Assembly: GCA_047602405.1 (NCBI GenBank) | Contig: JASGHJ010000001.1 | Location: forward strand, 832,001 to 896,000 | From: Anaeromyxobacteraceae bacterium | GTDB taxonomy: Bacteria > Myxococcota > Myxococcia > Myxococcales > Anaeromyxobacteraceae | Direction: 5' to 3' | DNA: 64,000 nucleotides | Shown: piece after piece, positions 1-12,168 of the stretch | How the letters are laid out: each line of letters opens with the position of its first letter | Position numbering within the stretch: position 1 is the first letter of the stretch | Translations under genes and position numbers: made by a program | The notes under the pieces: generated by a model | The model's database searches: none | What the model saw: only the letters and a program-made list of their open reading frames with translations | Told to the model about the DNA's origin: nothing

Positions 1-249
1 TCAGAGCGAAATCCGTGCCGGCGCCAGATCCGCGAGATCACACGGACAGTTCGGGACACCCAGGGTCCGCCGTTCGGCCGGTGGTCCGCGGCGCGGACCG
101 TACCGGACGTGACGCCCGCGAGGAGCACGCCACTTTTCAGCGACACGCATCTTGCAGGGGTGCCGTTCGCTCGCGGAGAATCGGCCCTCACCGCCAGCGA
201 AGTCGCACTCTCAGCCCGGGGTCGCACTCCAGGGGAGGTTCGAGATCGC

Positions 250-903
250 ATGTCAGCCGGAGCCCTGAGCCTCGTCCTCGCGCTCGCCGCCGCCGGCGGG
301 CCGGAGCGCCTCCTCCTGTGCCGGCCGAAGGTGCTCGGCGTGGACGCCCAGGCCCGACCCGAGGCCGTGGCCGCGGCGGGGCGCGCCACCGGGCGGTTCC
401 TCGACTACGGCGTCACCTGCGAGGACGCGGGCGAGGGCGCACGCGCCGCGCGCCGCGCGGGGTTCGGGCACGCGGTGACCGCGACCGCCGAGGGGTTGCC
501 GGACGCGAGCCGGTACGTGCTCGTGCTCTCGGACGCGGCCACCGAGTCGCAGCGCGCGCGCCGCACGCTGGACGTGCCGGCCGGGAAGGACGCGGTCGCG
601 CCGGTGCAGGCCGCGCTGCTCGAGCTCGTCAAGGCCGTGCCGCAGCCGCCGCGGGTCGGGCCCTCGCCGAGGTCGGTCGTCGCGTGGTCGCTCGTGGGTG
701 CGGGCCTCGCCGCCGTGGCCGCCGGCGGGCTCCTCGCGAAGCAGGCCGGCGACGCGGCCGACGCGGCGAACGGCGCCGCCACGCCGGACGTGTTCACGCA
801 CGAGCGGGCGGCGTGGAAGGCGAAGAACCGGGACGCGACGGCCGCGCTCGCGGCCGGCGGCGCGGCGGTGGTGGCCGGGCTCACCCTCAGGTTTGCGTTC
901 TAG
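250..903 (+). CDS. Hypothetical exported/membrane protein with C-terminal hydrophobic helices
   Basis: ATG at 250 opens MSAGALSLVLALAAAGG (signal-like). C-terminal hydrophobic segments end in ...LRFAF. High GC3 frame. Confidence 0.7.
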   Translation: MSAGALSLVLALAAAGGPERLLLCRPKVLGVDAQARPEAVAAAGRATGRFLDYGVTCEDAGEGARAARRAGFGHAVTATAEGLPDASRYVLVLSDAATESQRARRTLDVPAGKDAVAPVQAALLELVKAVPQPPRVGPSPRSVVAWSLVGAGLAAVAAGGLLAKQAGDAADAANGAATPDVFTHERAAWKAKNRDATAALAAGGAAVVAGLTLRFAF

Positions 904-917
904 GAGCGACGACGACC

Positions 918-2468
918 ATGCGACGCCTCCTCCTCCTGGCTGTGATCGCGGGCGCCGCGGCGTGCGGCTCCGTGAACGACAAGGCGAGCTGCACGACGAG
1001 CGCGAGCTGCGGGGCGGGCAAGTACTGCGCCTCCACGCCGGACGGGAACGTGTGCTGGCCGGACGCCACGGCGCCGGTGGTCGCGTCGGTGAGCGTGACG
1101 TGCGACGCGACGCCGTGTGTGCGCGACTCGAGGCTCACGGTGACCGTGAGCGCGTCGGACGACGCCGAGCTCGCCGCCGTGGAGGTGTCGCTCGATCTCG
1201 ACGGGGCGCGCTGGGTGGGGCTCGCGAGGAGCGGCGGTGCCTGGACGGGCACGCTGGCGCTGCGGGAGTGGGCGTTCCCGGCGTTCACGCGCGCGGCCGT
1301 CGCGACGGCGCGGGCGACGGACGGCGCGGGGAACCAGGCGACGAAGGCGGCGGCGGGCCTGGACGTCACGCGGTTGAGGTGGGCGGTGGAGGCGAAGGCG
1401 GGCTCGGCCGCGGTCCTCTCGCCGCCGGCGGTGATGACGGATGGGACGATCGTCGTGGGGAACGCGAACCACGAGCTCCTCTCGCTCACGCCGGCGGGGG
1501 TGAAGGCGGAGGACCCGCTCGTCATCGGCGGCGGGGCCATCACGAGCATCGCGGTGGGGGACAAGGCGATCTGGGTGGGAAGTGATGACGGGGGGATCTC
1601 GGCGGCCAACCTCGATCGGAAGTCGGTGCTGTCCGGCGTCGGCGTGAACGTGGAGGGGCCGATCCGCGGCGGGCTGGCGGTGCTGCCGGGGACCGTGGAG
1701 TGGGCGTTTGCGGGTGGGGAGCTCGGCCGACTATCCGGCGCGCCGACGACTGGAAGCCCCGCCCCTACGGCTAAGGCGTCCTATCTGGCAGCGCCCGTAA
1801 TCACTGGCGGCAACGTTTACGCGGCACTGTCGAATATCTCATCGACTCTGAAGCAGTTCACATTTGACGGAGCCCTAACAGAAGGCTGGTCGGTCGGAAT
1901 CGGAGCCTCCGTTTCGGTCAACCCTGCCGTGGCAAGTGGCGACGTCTTCATCACGCTCTCTTCCGACGGGAAGGTCACGAAGACTACGGTGGCAGGCACC
2001 TCCGCTCCAGTGACGACCGTGACTGAGAGCGTGCTGGAAGCCCCTGTCGTTCTTGCCGGCGATGAGATCGTCATCGGAGACATAACCGGCGCAGTTCGTC
2101 GGATCTCGTTCACCGGCGCCTCCCTCTGGTCCACTCCCCCCAACCTCGGCGGCATCCCCGTCGGCGCGCTCGCGATCTCGAACAGCTCGACCAAGCTCCT
2201 CGTCGGCACCCGCGCCGGCTCCGTCTACGCCCTCGACAACGCCGGCGCGACGCTCTGGACCACCACCCTCCCCGGCGCCCCGCTCCTGAAGGGCTCGAAC
2301 ATCTCCGCGCCTTCCGCGGAGACCCCGATCACCTCGACCGCCTACTTTTCTGCGTCGAACGGCAAGGTCTACGCGGTGATCGTCGACGGCACGCTCGACA
2401 CGTCCGCCCCGTGGCCGAAGGCCTTCCGCGACCGCAAGAACCGCAGCAACGCAGGGCTCGCCCCGTGA
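918..2468 (+). CDS. Lipoprotein with Cys-rich N-terminus, Ig-like segment and PQQ-like beta-propeller repeats
   Basis: AGGAG RBS, then MRRLLLLAVIAGAAAC (lipobox). CTTSASCGAGKYC motif. Repeated GxVYAL..G..LW propeller motifs. C-terminal WPKAFRD..N motif. Confidence 0.75.
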   Translation: MRRLLLLAVIAGAAACGSVNDKASCTTSASCGAGKYCASTPDGNVCWPDATAPVVASVSVTCDATPCVRDSRLTVTVSASDDAELAAVEVSLDLDGARWVGLARSGGAWTGTLALREWAFPAFTRAAVATARATDGAGNQATKAAAGLDVTRLRWAVEAKAGSAAVLSPPAVMTDGTIVVGNANHELLSLTPAGVKAEDPLVIGGGAITSIAVGDKAIWVGSDDGGISAANLDRKSVLSGVGVNVEGPIRGGLAVLPGTVEWAFAGGELGRLSGAPTTGSPAPTAKASYLAAPVITGGNVYAALSNISSTLKQFTFDGALTEGWSVGIGASVSVNPAVASGDVFITLSSDGKVTKTTVAGTSAPVTTVTESVLEAPVVLAGDEIVIGDITGAVRRISFTGASLWSTPPNLGGIPVGALAISNSSTKLLVGTRAGSVYALDNAGATLWTTTLPGAPLLKGSNISAPSAETPITSTAYFSASNGKVYAVIVDGTLDTSAPWPKAFRDRKNRSNAGLAP

Positions 2469-4136
2469 CCCTCCGCCCGGCCGCCCTCGCGCTCCTCGCG
2501 CTGCTCGCGACGCCTGCCCAGGCGATCGAGCGGGTCGCCGTGATCTCCCGTCGCGGACCCGCCCGGCCCGGACGCCGACCTCGCCGAGATCACGCACCAG
2601 CTCCGCGCGGCGTGCCGCGACCGCGTGGGCAACGTCGACGACGTGCCGGCGATGCGCGCGCGGCTGCTCGGCGACGCCGGGCCGGCCTCGCTCGCCGAGC
2701 TCGACCGCGCCTACGGCGGCGCGCTCGCGACCTACCAGAACGGCGAGTTCGAGAGCGCGGTGCGGACGCTCCGCGCCATCGTCGAGGACCTCGAGAAGGT
2801 GCCCGAGGGCCCCGAGGCCTACAGCCAGTGGGTGCGCGCGAACCTGCGCCTCGCGCACGCGGCGGGCTCGGTCGGGCTCGATCCCGTCGTCGAGGAGGCG
2901 ATGGACAAGCTCATCCGCACCGAGCCGACGCTCGAGCCGGAGCCCGACCAGTACTCGCCCGCGTACCGCCGCAAGTACGAGGCGGCGCGCAAGCGCGTGC
3001 GGGCGCTGGCCCGCCACAAGCTCCTCCTCGAGGCGCGCGGCGGGCCCGGCACGCTCTACCTCAACGGCCGGCGCATGGGCACGGTCGGCCCGGCGCCGCT
3101 CGAGCTCGACCTCCCCGCCGGCAGCTACCGCGTGGGCGCCGCGGCGGGCGCGCTGCGCGTGCCGACCTTCACGGTCGAGCTCACCGAGAACCGCAAGGCG
3201 CTCCTCGACTTCACGCTCGCCGAGGCGGTGCGCCCGAACGCCGGGCCGGGGCTCGCGCTCGCGGGTGCCGACCGGCCCGCCGGCATCATCCGCGCCGGCG
3301 CCTGGCTCGGCGTCGACAAGCTCCTCACGGTCACGCGCCTCCAGGAGTCGGGCGTGTCGTTCCTCGTCGGCGCGATCCACGACGTGCGCCGCGGGGCGAT
3401 GCTGCGCGAGGGCCAGGTCCGCATCGTCGCGGGGGGCGTGCCCGCGGTGAGCCTCGGGGCGCTCGCGTCGTTCCTCCTCACCGGGCAGCAGGCCCGCGGC
3501 GTCGAGGAGCGGGCGCCGCAGGCGCAGCCCGCCGCGCAGACGTCTGCGCCGGCGCCAGCCCAGGCTCCGGCCCCGGCCGTCGGCGTCGCGAAGCCGCCCG
3601 TCACGGCGCCGCTTCCCGCCTCGGCTTCCCCGGCTCCCATGGTCCCGCTCCCGCCGCCCCCGGCCACGGCGGTCGCGAAGGCTCCGACGTCCGCCCCGTC
3701 CCCGGTGCCCGCCACCACCAGGGCCGCCCCGCCGAAGCCGACCCCCTCCCGCGAGGCGCTCGCGCCGGCGCCTCCCAGGGCCACAGACCTCCCCCGCACC
3801 GCCCTCGACGAGCCCGCGCGCACGCCGCGGCGCTGGTCGCGCCCGGGCGTCGTCGTCTCCGGCATCGCCGCCGCGCTCAGCGCCGGCGTGGCGGTCCAGC
3901 AGGCGCTCGCGTCGTCCTCGGCGCGCAGCGACGCGAACGCGATGGTCGGCCCCGGGGGCACGCTCCTGCCGGGCTCCGACCCTGTCCGCCACGGCGACCT
4001 CGTCGACCGCGCCGACGCCTCCGCCCGCAACGCCTGGATCGCGGGCGGGGTCTCCGCCGCCCTCGCGGTCACGACCGTGGTGCTCGGCCTGCGCCCGGTC
4101 GACCAGCCACCGGGCGCGGTCGCGCTGCGCTTCTGA
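2465..4136 (+). CDS. Secreted PEGA-like domain protein with Pro-rich linker; +1 frameshift near 2547-2549
   Basis: GTG overlaps the upstream TGA. Signal peptide [20 protein letters not shown]. Removing one C joins it to ORF 2625-4136 ([16 protein letters not shown]...). PEGA-like [23 protein letters not shown]. Confidence 0.65.
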
Positions 4137-4197
4137 GGCTGCCCCGGGCACCCTCCCTTCCGCTGCCGCGCCGCCCCTCCGGCACTACCTGTCCGGC

Positions 4198-5472
4198 ATG
4201 AGCCCGCGCCGCCTCGCCCTCCTCCTCGCGCTCGTCGCCGCCGGCCCCGCCGCCGCCGAGACCCCGCCCTCACCGTCCGGCAAGGGCACGCCGGTGGACG
4301 CGGGCCCGCCCAACGTCCCCTCGAACGTCCCGGCCTTCCCCGAGCAGACCCGGGCGCCGGAGGTGCACTCGACGACGCCGCTCGAGGTGAAGGTCCTCGC
4401 GAAGGGCTTCAAGAAACCCTGGGCGCTCGCCTTCCTCCCCGACGGCCGCATGCTCGTCACCGAGAAGCCGACGGGCCGGCTCTTCGTCGTGGGCAAGGGC
4501 GGGAAGCGCTCGCCGGCCGTGGAGGGCATCCCGAAGGTCGACGGCCGCGGCCAGGGCGGGCTCCTCGACGTGAAGCTCGCACCGGATTACGCGAAGACGA
4601 GGCGCATCTACTGGAGCTACTACGAGCCCAGGAAGGGCGGGAACGGCCTCGCCGTCGCGCGCGCGACCCTCGTCCTCGGCGCGCAGCCGAAGGTGAAGGA
4701 CCTCGAGATCGTCTTCCGCATGGAGCCGACGCTCGACTCCACCGCGCACGCCGGGGGCCGCCTCGTGTGGGCGCCGGACGGCAACCTCTTCGTGACCCTG
4801 GGTGAACGCGCCATCCTCGAGGGCCGGCGCCAGGCGCAGGACCTCTCGAGCGACCTCGGCAAGATCGTCCGCATCCGCCCCGACGGCACGGCGCCCGACG
4901 ACAACCCGTTCGTCCACACCGAGGGCGCGAGGCCCGAGATCTGGTCCAAGGGTCACCGCAACATCCTCTCCGCGGCGCTCGACGGACGAGGCCGGCTCTG
5001 GGAGGTCGAGCACGGCCCGAAGGGCGGCGACGAGCTCAACCTCGTCGGGAAGGGCAAGGACTACGGCTGGCCCACCATCGGCTACGGCGAGGAGTACGAC
5101 GGCCGGCCCATCCACGCCTCCACGCGAGCCGAGGGCATGGAGCAGCCGATCTACTACTGGGACCCCGTGATCGCGCCGTCGGGGATGGTCATCTACTCGG
5201 GGAAGCTCTTCCCCGAGTGGAAGGGCAACGTCCTCATCGGCGGCCTCGCGAGCGAGTGCCTCGTGCGCCTCGTGCTCCAGGACGACAAGGTCGTCGGCGA
5301 GGAGCGGCTCTTCCGGCACGAGCACGGCCGCATCCGCGAGGTGGTGCAGGGACCGGACGGCGCGCTGTACCTCCTGACCGACGAGGCGGACGGGAAGGTG
5401 CTCCGGTTGTCCCCCGCCCGAAGCGGGAGCTCCCCAGCCGCGGCTCGGAAGAGTACAACGTCGCCGCCATGA
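4198..5472 (+). CDS. PQQ-dependent sugar (glucose/sorbosone) dehydrogenase, YliI-like
   Basis: [40 protein letters not shown] and IAPSG motifs; signal peptide. Confidence 0.92.
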   Translation: MSPRRLALLLALVAAGPAAAETPPSPSGKGTPVDAGPPNVPSNVPAFPEQTRAPEVHSTTPLEVKVLAKGFKKPWALAFLPDGRMLVTEKPTGRLFVVGKGGKRSPAVEGIPKVDGRGQGGLLDVKLAPDYAKTRRIYWSYYEPRKGGNGLAVARATLVLGAQPKVKDLEIVFRMEPTLDSTAHAGGRLVWAPDGNLFVTLGERAILEGRRQAQDLSSDLGKIVRIRPDGTAPDDNPFVHTEGARPEIWSKGHRNILSAALDGRGRLWEVEHGPKGGDELNLVGKGKDYGWPTIGYGEEYDGRPIHASTRAEGMEQPIYYWDPVIAPSGMVIYSGKLFPEWKGNVLIGGLASECLVRLVLQDDKVVGEERLFRHEHGRIREVVQGPDGALYLLTDEADGKVLRLSPARSGSSPAAARKSTTSPP

Positions 5473-5921
5473 CGCACTTCACGACGACCCTCCACGTCCG
5501 CTGGTCCGACTGCGACGCCAACGGCCACGCGGCGAACACGGCCTACTCCGAGTACGGCACCGACACCCGCGTCGCGTTCCTCGCTTCGCGCGGGTGGACG
5601 CTGGAAGAGTTCCTGAAGCACCGCTGCGGGCCGGTCATCACGCGCGAGGAGATCGACTACCTGCGCGAGCTGCGCATGGGCGACGAGGTCCGCATCGACA
5701 TCCAGCTGGTGGGCGCCTCGGCGGACGAGTCGCGCTGGAAGATCCAGCACGAGTTCACGCGCACGCGCGACGGGAAGGTCTGCGCGCGGATCCTGCTGAC
5801 CGGCGGGTGGATGGACCTCGACCAGCGCCGGCTGCGCCAGCCGCCGGAGAAGCTCGCGGAGGCGTTCCGGGGCATCGAGCGCGGGGCGCATTGGGAGGTG
5901 CTGCCGGACGCGAGGAAGTAG
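5469..5921 (+). CDS. Acyl-CoA thioesterase (4HBT/hotdog family)
   Basis: [14 protein letters not shown] motif; ATGA overlap with the upstream gene. Confidence 0.88.
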   Translation: MTHFTTTLHVRWSDCDANGHAANTAYSEYGTDTRVAFLASRGWTLEEFLKHRCGPVITREEIDYLRELRMGDEVRIDIQLVGASADESRWKIQHEFTRTRDGKVCARILLTGGWMDLDQRRLRQPPEKLAEAFRGIERGAHWEVLPDARK

Positions 5922-5928
5922 CGGCGGG

Positions 5929-5979
5929 CGTCCCTCGTCTCCGGGCCCGCTGCGCGGGCCCTACGCTCGGGACGAACGG
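5929..5979. repeat. REP-like palindromic element, long form (intergenic, between convergent genes)
   Basis: CGTCCCTCGTCTCC-GGGCCCGC-TGC-GCGGGCCC-TACGCTCGGGACGAACGG; related copies at 16456, 20231, 34167, 46801 and 54281. Confidence 0.85.
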
Positions 5980-6016
5980 GGGGGAGCTGCGGGGCTCTCG
6001 GTCCAAGAGCCGCGGC

Positions 6017-7420
6017 TCAGGTGACCGAAGGCTGGGTCGGAAGCGTGAGGCGCGCGACGGTGCCCCCGCCGTCGCGGTCGACCAGGGCGAGCGTCCCGGC
6101 GTGCGCGTCGGCGACCTTCTTCGCGAGCGCGAGGCCGAGGCCGGTGCCGCGCTCCTTCGTCGTGAAGAACGGGCGGAACACGCTCTCGCGCGCTCCGGCG
6201 GGCAGGCCGGGGCCGCGGTCGCGGACCTCGACGGTGACCTCGGCGTCCGACCGCGCGACCGCGAGCTCGACGGTGGCCGTCGCCGGCGAGGCCTCCACCG
6301 CGTTCCGCACGAGGTTCACGATGGCGCGCCGGAGCTGCTCCCGGTCGGCCTGGACGGCGCCGCCGCCGGAGACCGCCACGTTCACGCCGCGCACGTCGGC
6401 GAGGGGCGCGACGACCTCGGTCACCTCCTGGAGCAGCGCCGCGAGCTCCACCTGCTCGCGCACCGGCGGGCGCGTGCGCGCGTAGTCGAGGAACTCCTCC
6501 ACCACCTTCGAGAGCGCCGCGAGCTCGGAGCGGATGCGCGCGACGTGCGACGCCTCGGGCCGGCCGTGCACCTCCTCGGCGAGCAGGCCCGCGAAGAGGT
6601 CGAGCGCGCCGAGGGGGTTGCGGACCTCGTGCGCGATGCCGGCGAGCAGCGTCTCGCGCTCCTCGTCGCGGGCGTGCAGCGCGCCGCGCATCTCCTCGAG
6701 CGTGTCGCGGAGCGTCCCGATCTCGTCGCGCGTGCGCCGCGACCAGAGCGGCGTGGAGAGGTCGCCGCGGCCGATGCGACGCGCGGCCTCGGTGATGCGC
6801 GTGAGCGGCCGGGTCACCGAGAGCGCCGCGCCCGCGGCGGCGAGGCCGCCGAGCACGGCGCCGGCGATCGCGACCGCGCCGAGCAGCCGGCGCAGCCGCC
6901 GGAGCGCCGCGAACGACGCGCTCGTGCCGTCGGCGCCCACCACCGCCACGATGTGCCCGTCCTCGGTGACCACCGGCGCGTAGCCGGTCTTGTAGAGGTG
7001 GCCGTCCGAGCCCTCGAACATGAGCGTGGAGGCGGTGGGGGTGCCGCCCGCGGCGAGGCCGATCTCCATGCGGTCGCGCTCGAACGCGGGGACGAGCTCG
7101 CCGATGCGCAGGCGGCCCTCGGAGTCGGCGAGCGCCGTGCGGTCCGGCTTCACGACGATGAGCCGCGTGCTCGTCGCGTCGGCGACGGGGATGAGCCGGG
7201 AGCGGACGTGCGCGTAGGTGCGGGAGGTCTCGTCGCCGGGCGTGAGCCGCACGAGCCGGTCGGAGGGCAGCGCGTCGGCGGCGGCCTGCGCGGCGGTGAT
7301 GAGGCGCGCGGAGAGCTCGTCCTCGAGCGCCCGGCGCGTCAGCCGGTCCGCCACGAGCGCCATGACCGCCAGCGAGACGAGGGCCGGCAGCGCGGAGGCG
7401 AGCATGAAGCGCAGGCGCAC
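6017..7420 (-). CDS. Membrane-bound HAMP sensor histidine kinase
   Basis: Two TM segments, HAMP domain, H-box AHEVRNPL, N-box NLVRNA, DRGPG, FFTTK..GTGLGL. Confidence 0.92.
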   Translation of the reverse strand: MRLRFMLASALPALVSLAVMALVADRLTRRALEDELSARLITAAQAAADALPSDRLVRLTPGDETSRTYAHVRSRLIPVADATSTRLIVVKPDRTALADSEGRLRIGELVPAFERDRMEIGLAAGGTPTASTLMFEGSDGHLYKTGYAPVVTEDGHIVAVVGADGTSASFAALRRLRRLLGAVAIAGAVLGGLAAAGAALSVTRPLTRITEAARRIGRGDLSTPLWSRRTRDEIGTLRDTLEEMRGALHARDEERETLLAGIAHEVRNPLGALDLFAGLLAEEVHGRPEASHVARIRSELAALSKVVEEFLDYARTRPPVREQVELAALLQEVTEVVAPLADVRGVNVAVSGGGAVQADREQLRRAIVNLVRNAVEASPATATVELAVARSDAEVTVEVRDRGPGLPAGARESVFRPFFTTKERGTGLGLALAKKVADAHAGTLALVDRDGGGTVARLTLPTQPSVT

Positions 7421-7426
7421 GCCACC

Positions 7427-8512
7427 TCATACCGCGGGCAGGACGGTGCTTGCGAGCCCGTCCGCCCGGGTCGAGTGCTCGACGAGGAACGCGTGCACGA
7501 CCGGGAAGACGTAGTCGGGCGCGCCGCGGCCGAGGAGCAGGTCCACGTGCCCGTAGCCGCGCCCCGCGCGCCAGTGCGCCTTCGGCCCGCCCCACAGGCG
7601 CGCCGCCGCCTCGACGACCTCGGGCGGCGCCATCCCGTCGAGCTCGGCGGAGACGAAGAGCGCGGGCTGGCGCGCGCCGGGGAGGAGCGCCCGGTAGTCG
7701 GTCGCGCCGTCGGCCGAGCGGAAGGTGTTGTCGCGCACGAAGTCGGCGAACTGGTCGAGCACGCCGGGCTGCAGGTCCTCGAGCCCGTTCGCCATGAAGC
7801 GCCGGTAGATCGGCCGCGCCATGTTGCGCGAGTTGATCGCGACCTCGGCGGTGGCGGGGTGCCAGAAGCCGACGAACGGCGAGAGCGCGCGCATCACCGC
7901 GCGGAAGTGCCGGGCGAGCGGCAGGCGCCGCATGGCGACGAGCGCCCTGAGCCGGACCTGGTGGTCGTAGACGACCGGCGGCGCGAGCGCGGCGATGGCG
8001 CGGATGCGCTCGGGGTAGAGCGCGCACGCCGCGAGGCCGAGGAGGGCACCCTGGCTGTGGCCGACCCAGAGCACGTCGGGCGCGCCGGTCGCCGCGCGCA
8101 CGGCGTCGAGCGCGGCGACGAAGTCCCGGCGGAGGTAGTCGTCGAGGTTCCAGCGGCGGCTCGGGCCGCGGCGCGAGAGGCCGTGGCCGCGGAGGTCGAG
8201 CACGAAGCAGTCGAAGCCGTCCCGCGAGAGGCGGGCGGCGAGCGAGTGCGAGGGGACGCCGAAGTCGAAGGCCTGCCGGTTCATGGCGAGGCCGTGGACG
8301 AGCAGCACCGGCGGGCCGCGCGGCGGGCCGCGGGGGCGGCGGCGCGAGACCGCGAGATCCCAGCCGTCGGCGGTGCGGGCGCGCAGGACCTCGTCCACGT
8401 CCGGCTCCACGCGGAGCCACCACCCCCAGAAGGCGGCGTGGACGAGGACGGCCGCGGCCGCGATCCCGGCCGCGAGCAGGAGGTAGAGGCCGACCTCGCC
8501 CAGGGACGTCAT
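7427..8512 (-). CDS. Alpha/beta hydrolase with N-terminal membrane anchor
   Basis: VLLVHGL, DLRGHG, nucleophile GHSQG, YGHVDL; ATG at 8512. Confidence 0.85.
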   Translation of the reverse strand: MTSLGEVGLYLLLAAGIAAAAVLVHAAFWGWWLRVEPDVDEVLRARTADGWDLAVSRRRPRGPPRGPPVLLVHGLAMNRQAFDFGVPSHSLAARLSRDGFDCFVLDLRGHGLSRRGPSRRWNLDDYLRRDFVAALDAVRAATGAPDVLWVGHSQGALLGLAACALYPERIRAIAALAPPVVYDHQVRLRALVAMRRLPLARHFRAVMRALSPFVGFWHPATAEVAINSRNMARPIYRRFMANGLEDLQPGVLDQFADFVRDNTFRSADGATDYRALLPGARQPALFVSAELDGMAPPEVVEAAARLWGGPKAHWRAGRGYGHVDLLLGRGAPDYVFPVVHAFLVEHSTRADGLASTVLPAV

Positions 8513-8629
8513 CGAGGGGCATCCTAGCCTGCTCGTCCGGCACCGCCCGCCGCCCGGCCGGGCCTCGGCCGGCCCGCGCAGGTGGACCCCGTGTCCGGCA
8601 CCTGCACCCGCGCACGGGCGCACAGTCCG

Positions 8630-8645
8630 TGGCCCGGCGGTTGCA
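8630..8645 (+). promoter_or_regulatory. Sigma-54 -24/-12 promoter upstream of glnB
   Basis: TGGCCCGGCGGTTGCA, exact GG-N10-GC spacing. Confidence 0.65.
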
Positions 8646-8820
8646 AACGTCGGCTCCCGTGGTCCCGATGATCGACGGCAGGGCTCGTCCCTGTGCGCGC
8701 AGCGTGGCGAGCGGCGATCGGCGGGAGGGAGGCGGCTGTACGGATCGCGTGCATCCACGGGCCCGCGATCCGGGCATGGAGCCGACGGGCGGCACGGCAA
8801 GGGGAGCGACCCCGCTGTCC

Positions 8821-9223
<403 letters not shown>

Positions 9224-9251
9224 CCCTGGCGACCCTGGAGCGGGAGCGCGC

Positions 9252-10301
9252 GTGCACGCCAAGGCCCCTGCCCTGCCGGCGGTGCTGGCGCGCGCCGCCC
9301 TGGACAGCCTCGGGGACGCCGTCGTCATCGTCGGATCCGACGGCGGCGTCCTCCACCTGAACCCCGCCGCCGAGGAGCTGTTCGGCCGCTCGAAGGAGCG
9401 CGCCGTCGGCCTCCCGGTGCGCGCGCTCCCGGGCGGGCAGCACCTCGCGCTCCTCGCCGAGCGCACGCTGCGCTCGACCGAGAGCCAGCACCTCGACATG
9501 CCCGGCCCGACCGACCCGGGCGTCCCGGTGTCGATCGAGTCGAGCCCGCTCTACGACGGGCCGACCTGCGCCGGCGCGGTGGTCGTCGTCCGGCCCCGGC
9601 GCGCCAGCGAGCGGACCCTCGACTTCGAGGCGCTCGCGGCGGGCCTCGCGCACGAGATCCGCAATCCTCTCGCGGGGCTGCAGGGCTCCGCCGAGCTCCT
9701 CGCCCGCGAGGCGGAGGGCGTCGCGGCCGAGTACGCCCAGGTCATCGCGCGGGAGGCGAAGCGGGTCGACGGGCTCGTCCGCGAGCTCCTCGACCTCGCG
9801 CGCCCGGCGGTGCTGCACACCGCTCCCGTGAGCATCCACGACCTCATCGGCGACGTGCTCGTGCTCGCCCGCGGCGTCGCCCAGTCCGAGCGGATCCAGT
9901 TCATCGAGCGCTTCGACCCGTCGCTGCCCCCGCTCCAGGCGGACGACGAGAAGCTCATGCAGGTGCTCCTGAACCTCGTCCGCAACGCGGTCGAGGCGGT
10001 CCACGACCGCCCGCAGCCGATCGTGACCCTTGAGACCGGGGTCGCCGGGCAGCGCCTGCGCCAGGCCTCCGGCCGCACGCGCCCGCTCGCGCGGATCGCG
10101 GTGCTCGACAACGGCGCCGGCATCTCCGAGGCGATGCTCCCGCGGCTTTTCACGCCCTTCGCGACCTCGAAGCCGCAGGGCACCGGCCTCGGCCTCGCGA
10201 TCTCGCGGCGCATCGTCGAGGCCCACGGCGGCCGGATGGAGGTGAAGAACCGGGCGGGCGGCGGCGCGGAGGCCGCGATCTACCTCCCCCTGGACGCGTA
10301 G
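9252..10301 (+). CDS. ntrB: PAS-domain histidine kinase, NtrB-like
   Basis: PAS (LNPAAEELFG), LAHEIRNPL, DPSLP, GTGLGL; lies between glnB and a sigma-54 activator. Confidence 0.85.
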   Translation: MHAKAPALPAVLARAALDSLGDAVVIVGSDGGVLHLNPAAEELFGRSKERAVGLPVRALPGGQHLALLAERTLRSTESQHLDMPGPTDPGVPVSIESSPLYDGPTCAGAVVVVRPRRASERTLDFEALAAGLAHEIRNPLAGLQGSAELLAREAEGVAAEYAQVIAREAKRVDGLVRELLDLARPAVLHTAPVSIHDLIGDVLVLARGVAQSERIQFIERFDPSLPPLQADDEKLMQVLLNLVRNAVEAVHDRPQPIVTLETGVAGQRLRQASGRTRPLARIAVLDNGAGISEAMLPRLFTPFATSKPQGTGLGLAISRRIVEAHGGRMEVKNRAGGGAEAAIYLPLDA

Positions 10302-10378
10302 GCCTCCCCCGACCTCGGGCGCTGGCGGGGGGAGCGCGGGTGCGCCGCCATTCGTCCCGCGGTGCGGGTACCCGTCGC

Positions 10379-10394
10379 TGGCCCCTCGCTTGCT
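10379..10394 (+). promoter_or_regulatory. Sigma-54 promoter upstream of the ntrC-like gene
   Basis: TGGCCCCTCGCTTGCT, GG-N10-GC. Confidence 0.6.
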
Positions 10395-10453
10395 AGTGCC
10401 CGTGAACCGGGCTCCGGTGTTTGCTCATCAGGCTGGAGCCGGGAGACGTCAAC

Positions 10454-11884
<1,431 letters not shown>

Positions 11885-12000
11885 CGCCGGCGGTTTCTCG
11901 CCCGAGATCCGCGCACTGCGGGTGCCTGTCCGGCACCCGTGGGCGGGGCCGGCCGCCCGGCCGCAGCATCGTGCGGGGGGCCCCGCACGCCCCGCCGGAA

Positions 12001-12039
12001 TGCCTTGAACCCGGGCACGGGGTGCCCGAACATCGAGCA
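12001..12039. promoter_or_regulatory. Pair of putative NtrC-type enhancer sites
   Basis: TGCCTTGAACCCGGGCA (12001-12017) and TGCCCGAACATCGAGCA (12023-12039). Both fit TGC-N11-GCA, are offset by 22 bp, and lie upstream of the glnA sigma-54 promoter. Confidence 0.55.
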
Positions 12040-12099
12040 CCCCGTCGGACGCCCCTCCCGGATCGCGAGAGAACGCCCGCAGCACCGCAGCCGCCGCCG

Positions 12100-12115
12100 T
12101 GGCACACGAAGTGCT
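12100..12115 (+). promoter_or_regulatory. Sigma-54 promoter of glnA
   Basis: TGGCACACGAAGTGCT, GG-N10-GC. Confidence 0.8.
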
Positions 12116-12168
12116 TTGCAGCCAGCCGTAGCCTCACCGCCCGCTCACAACCGTACCGGAGAAGGAAA

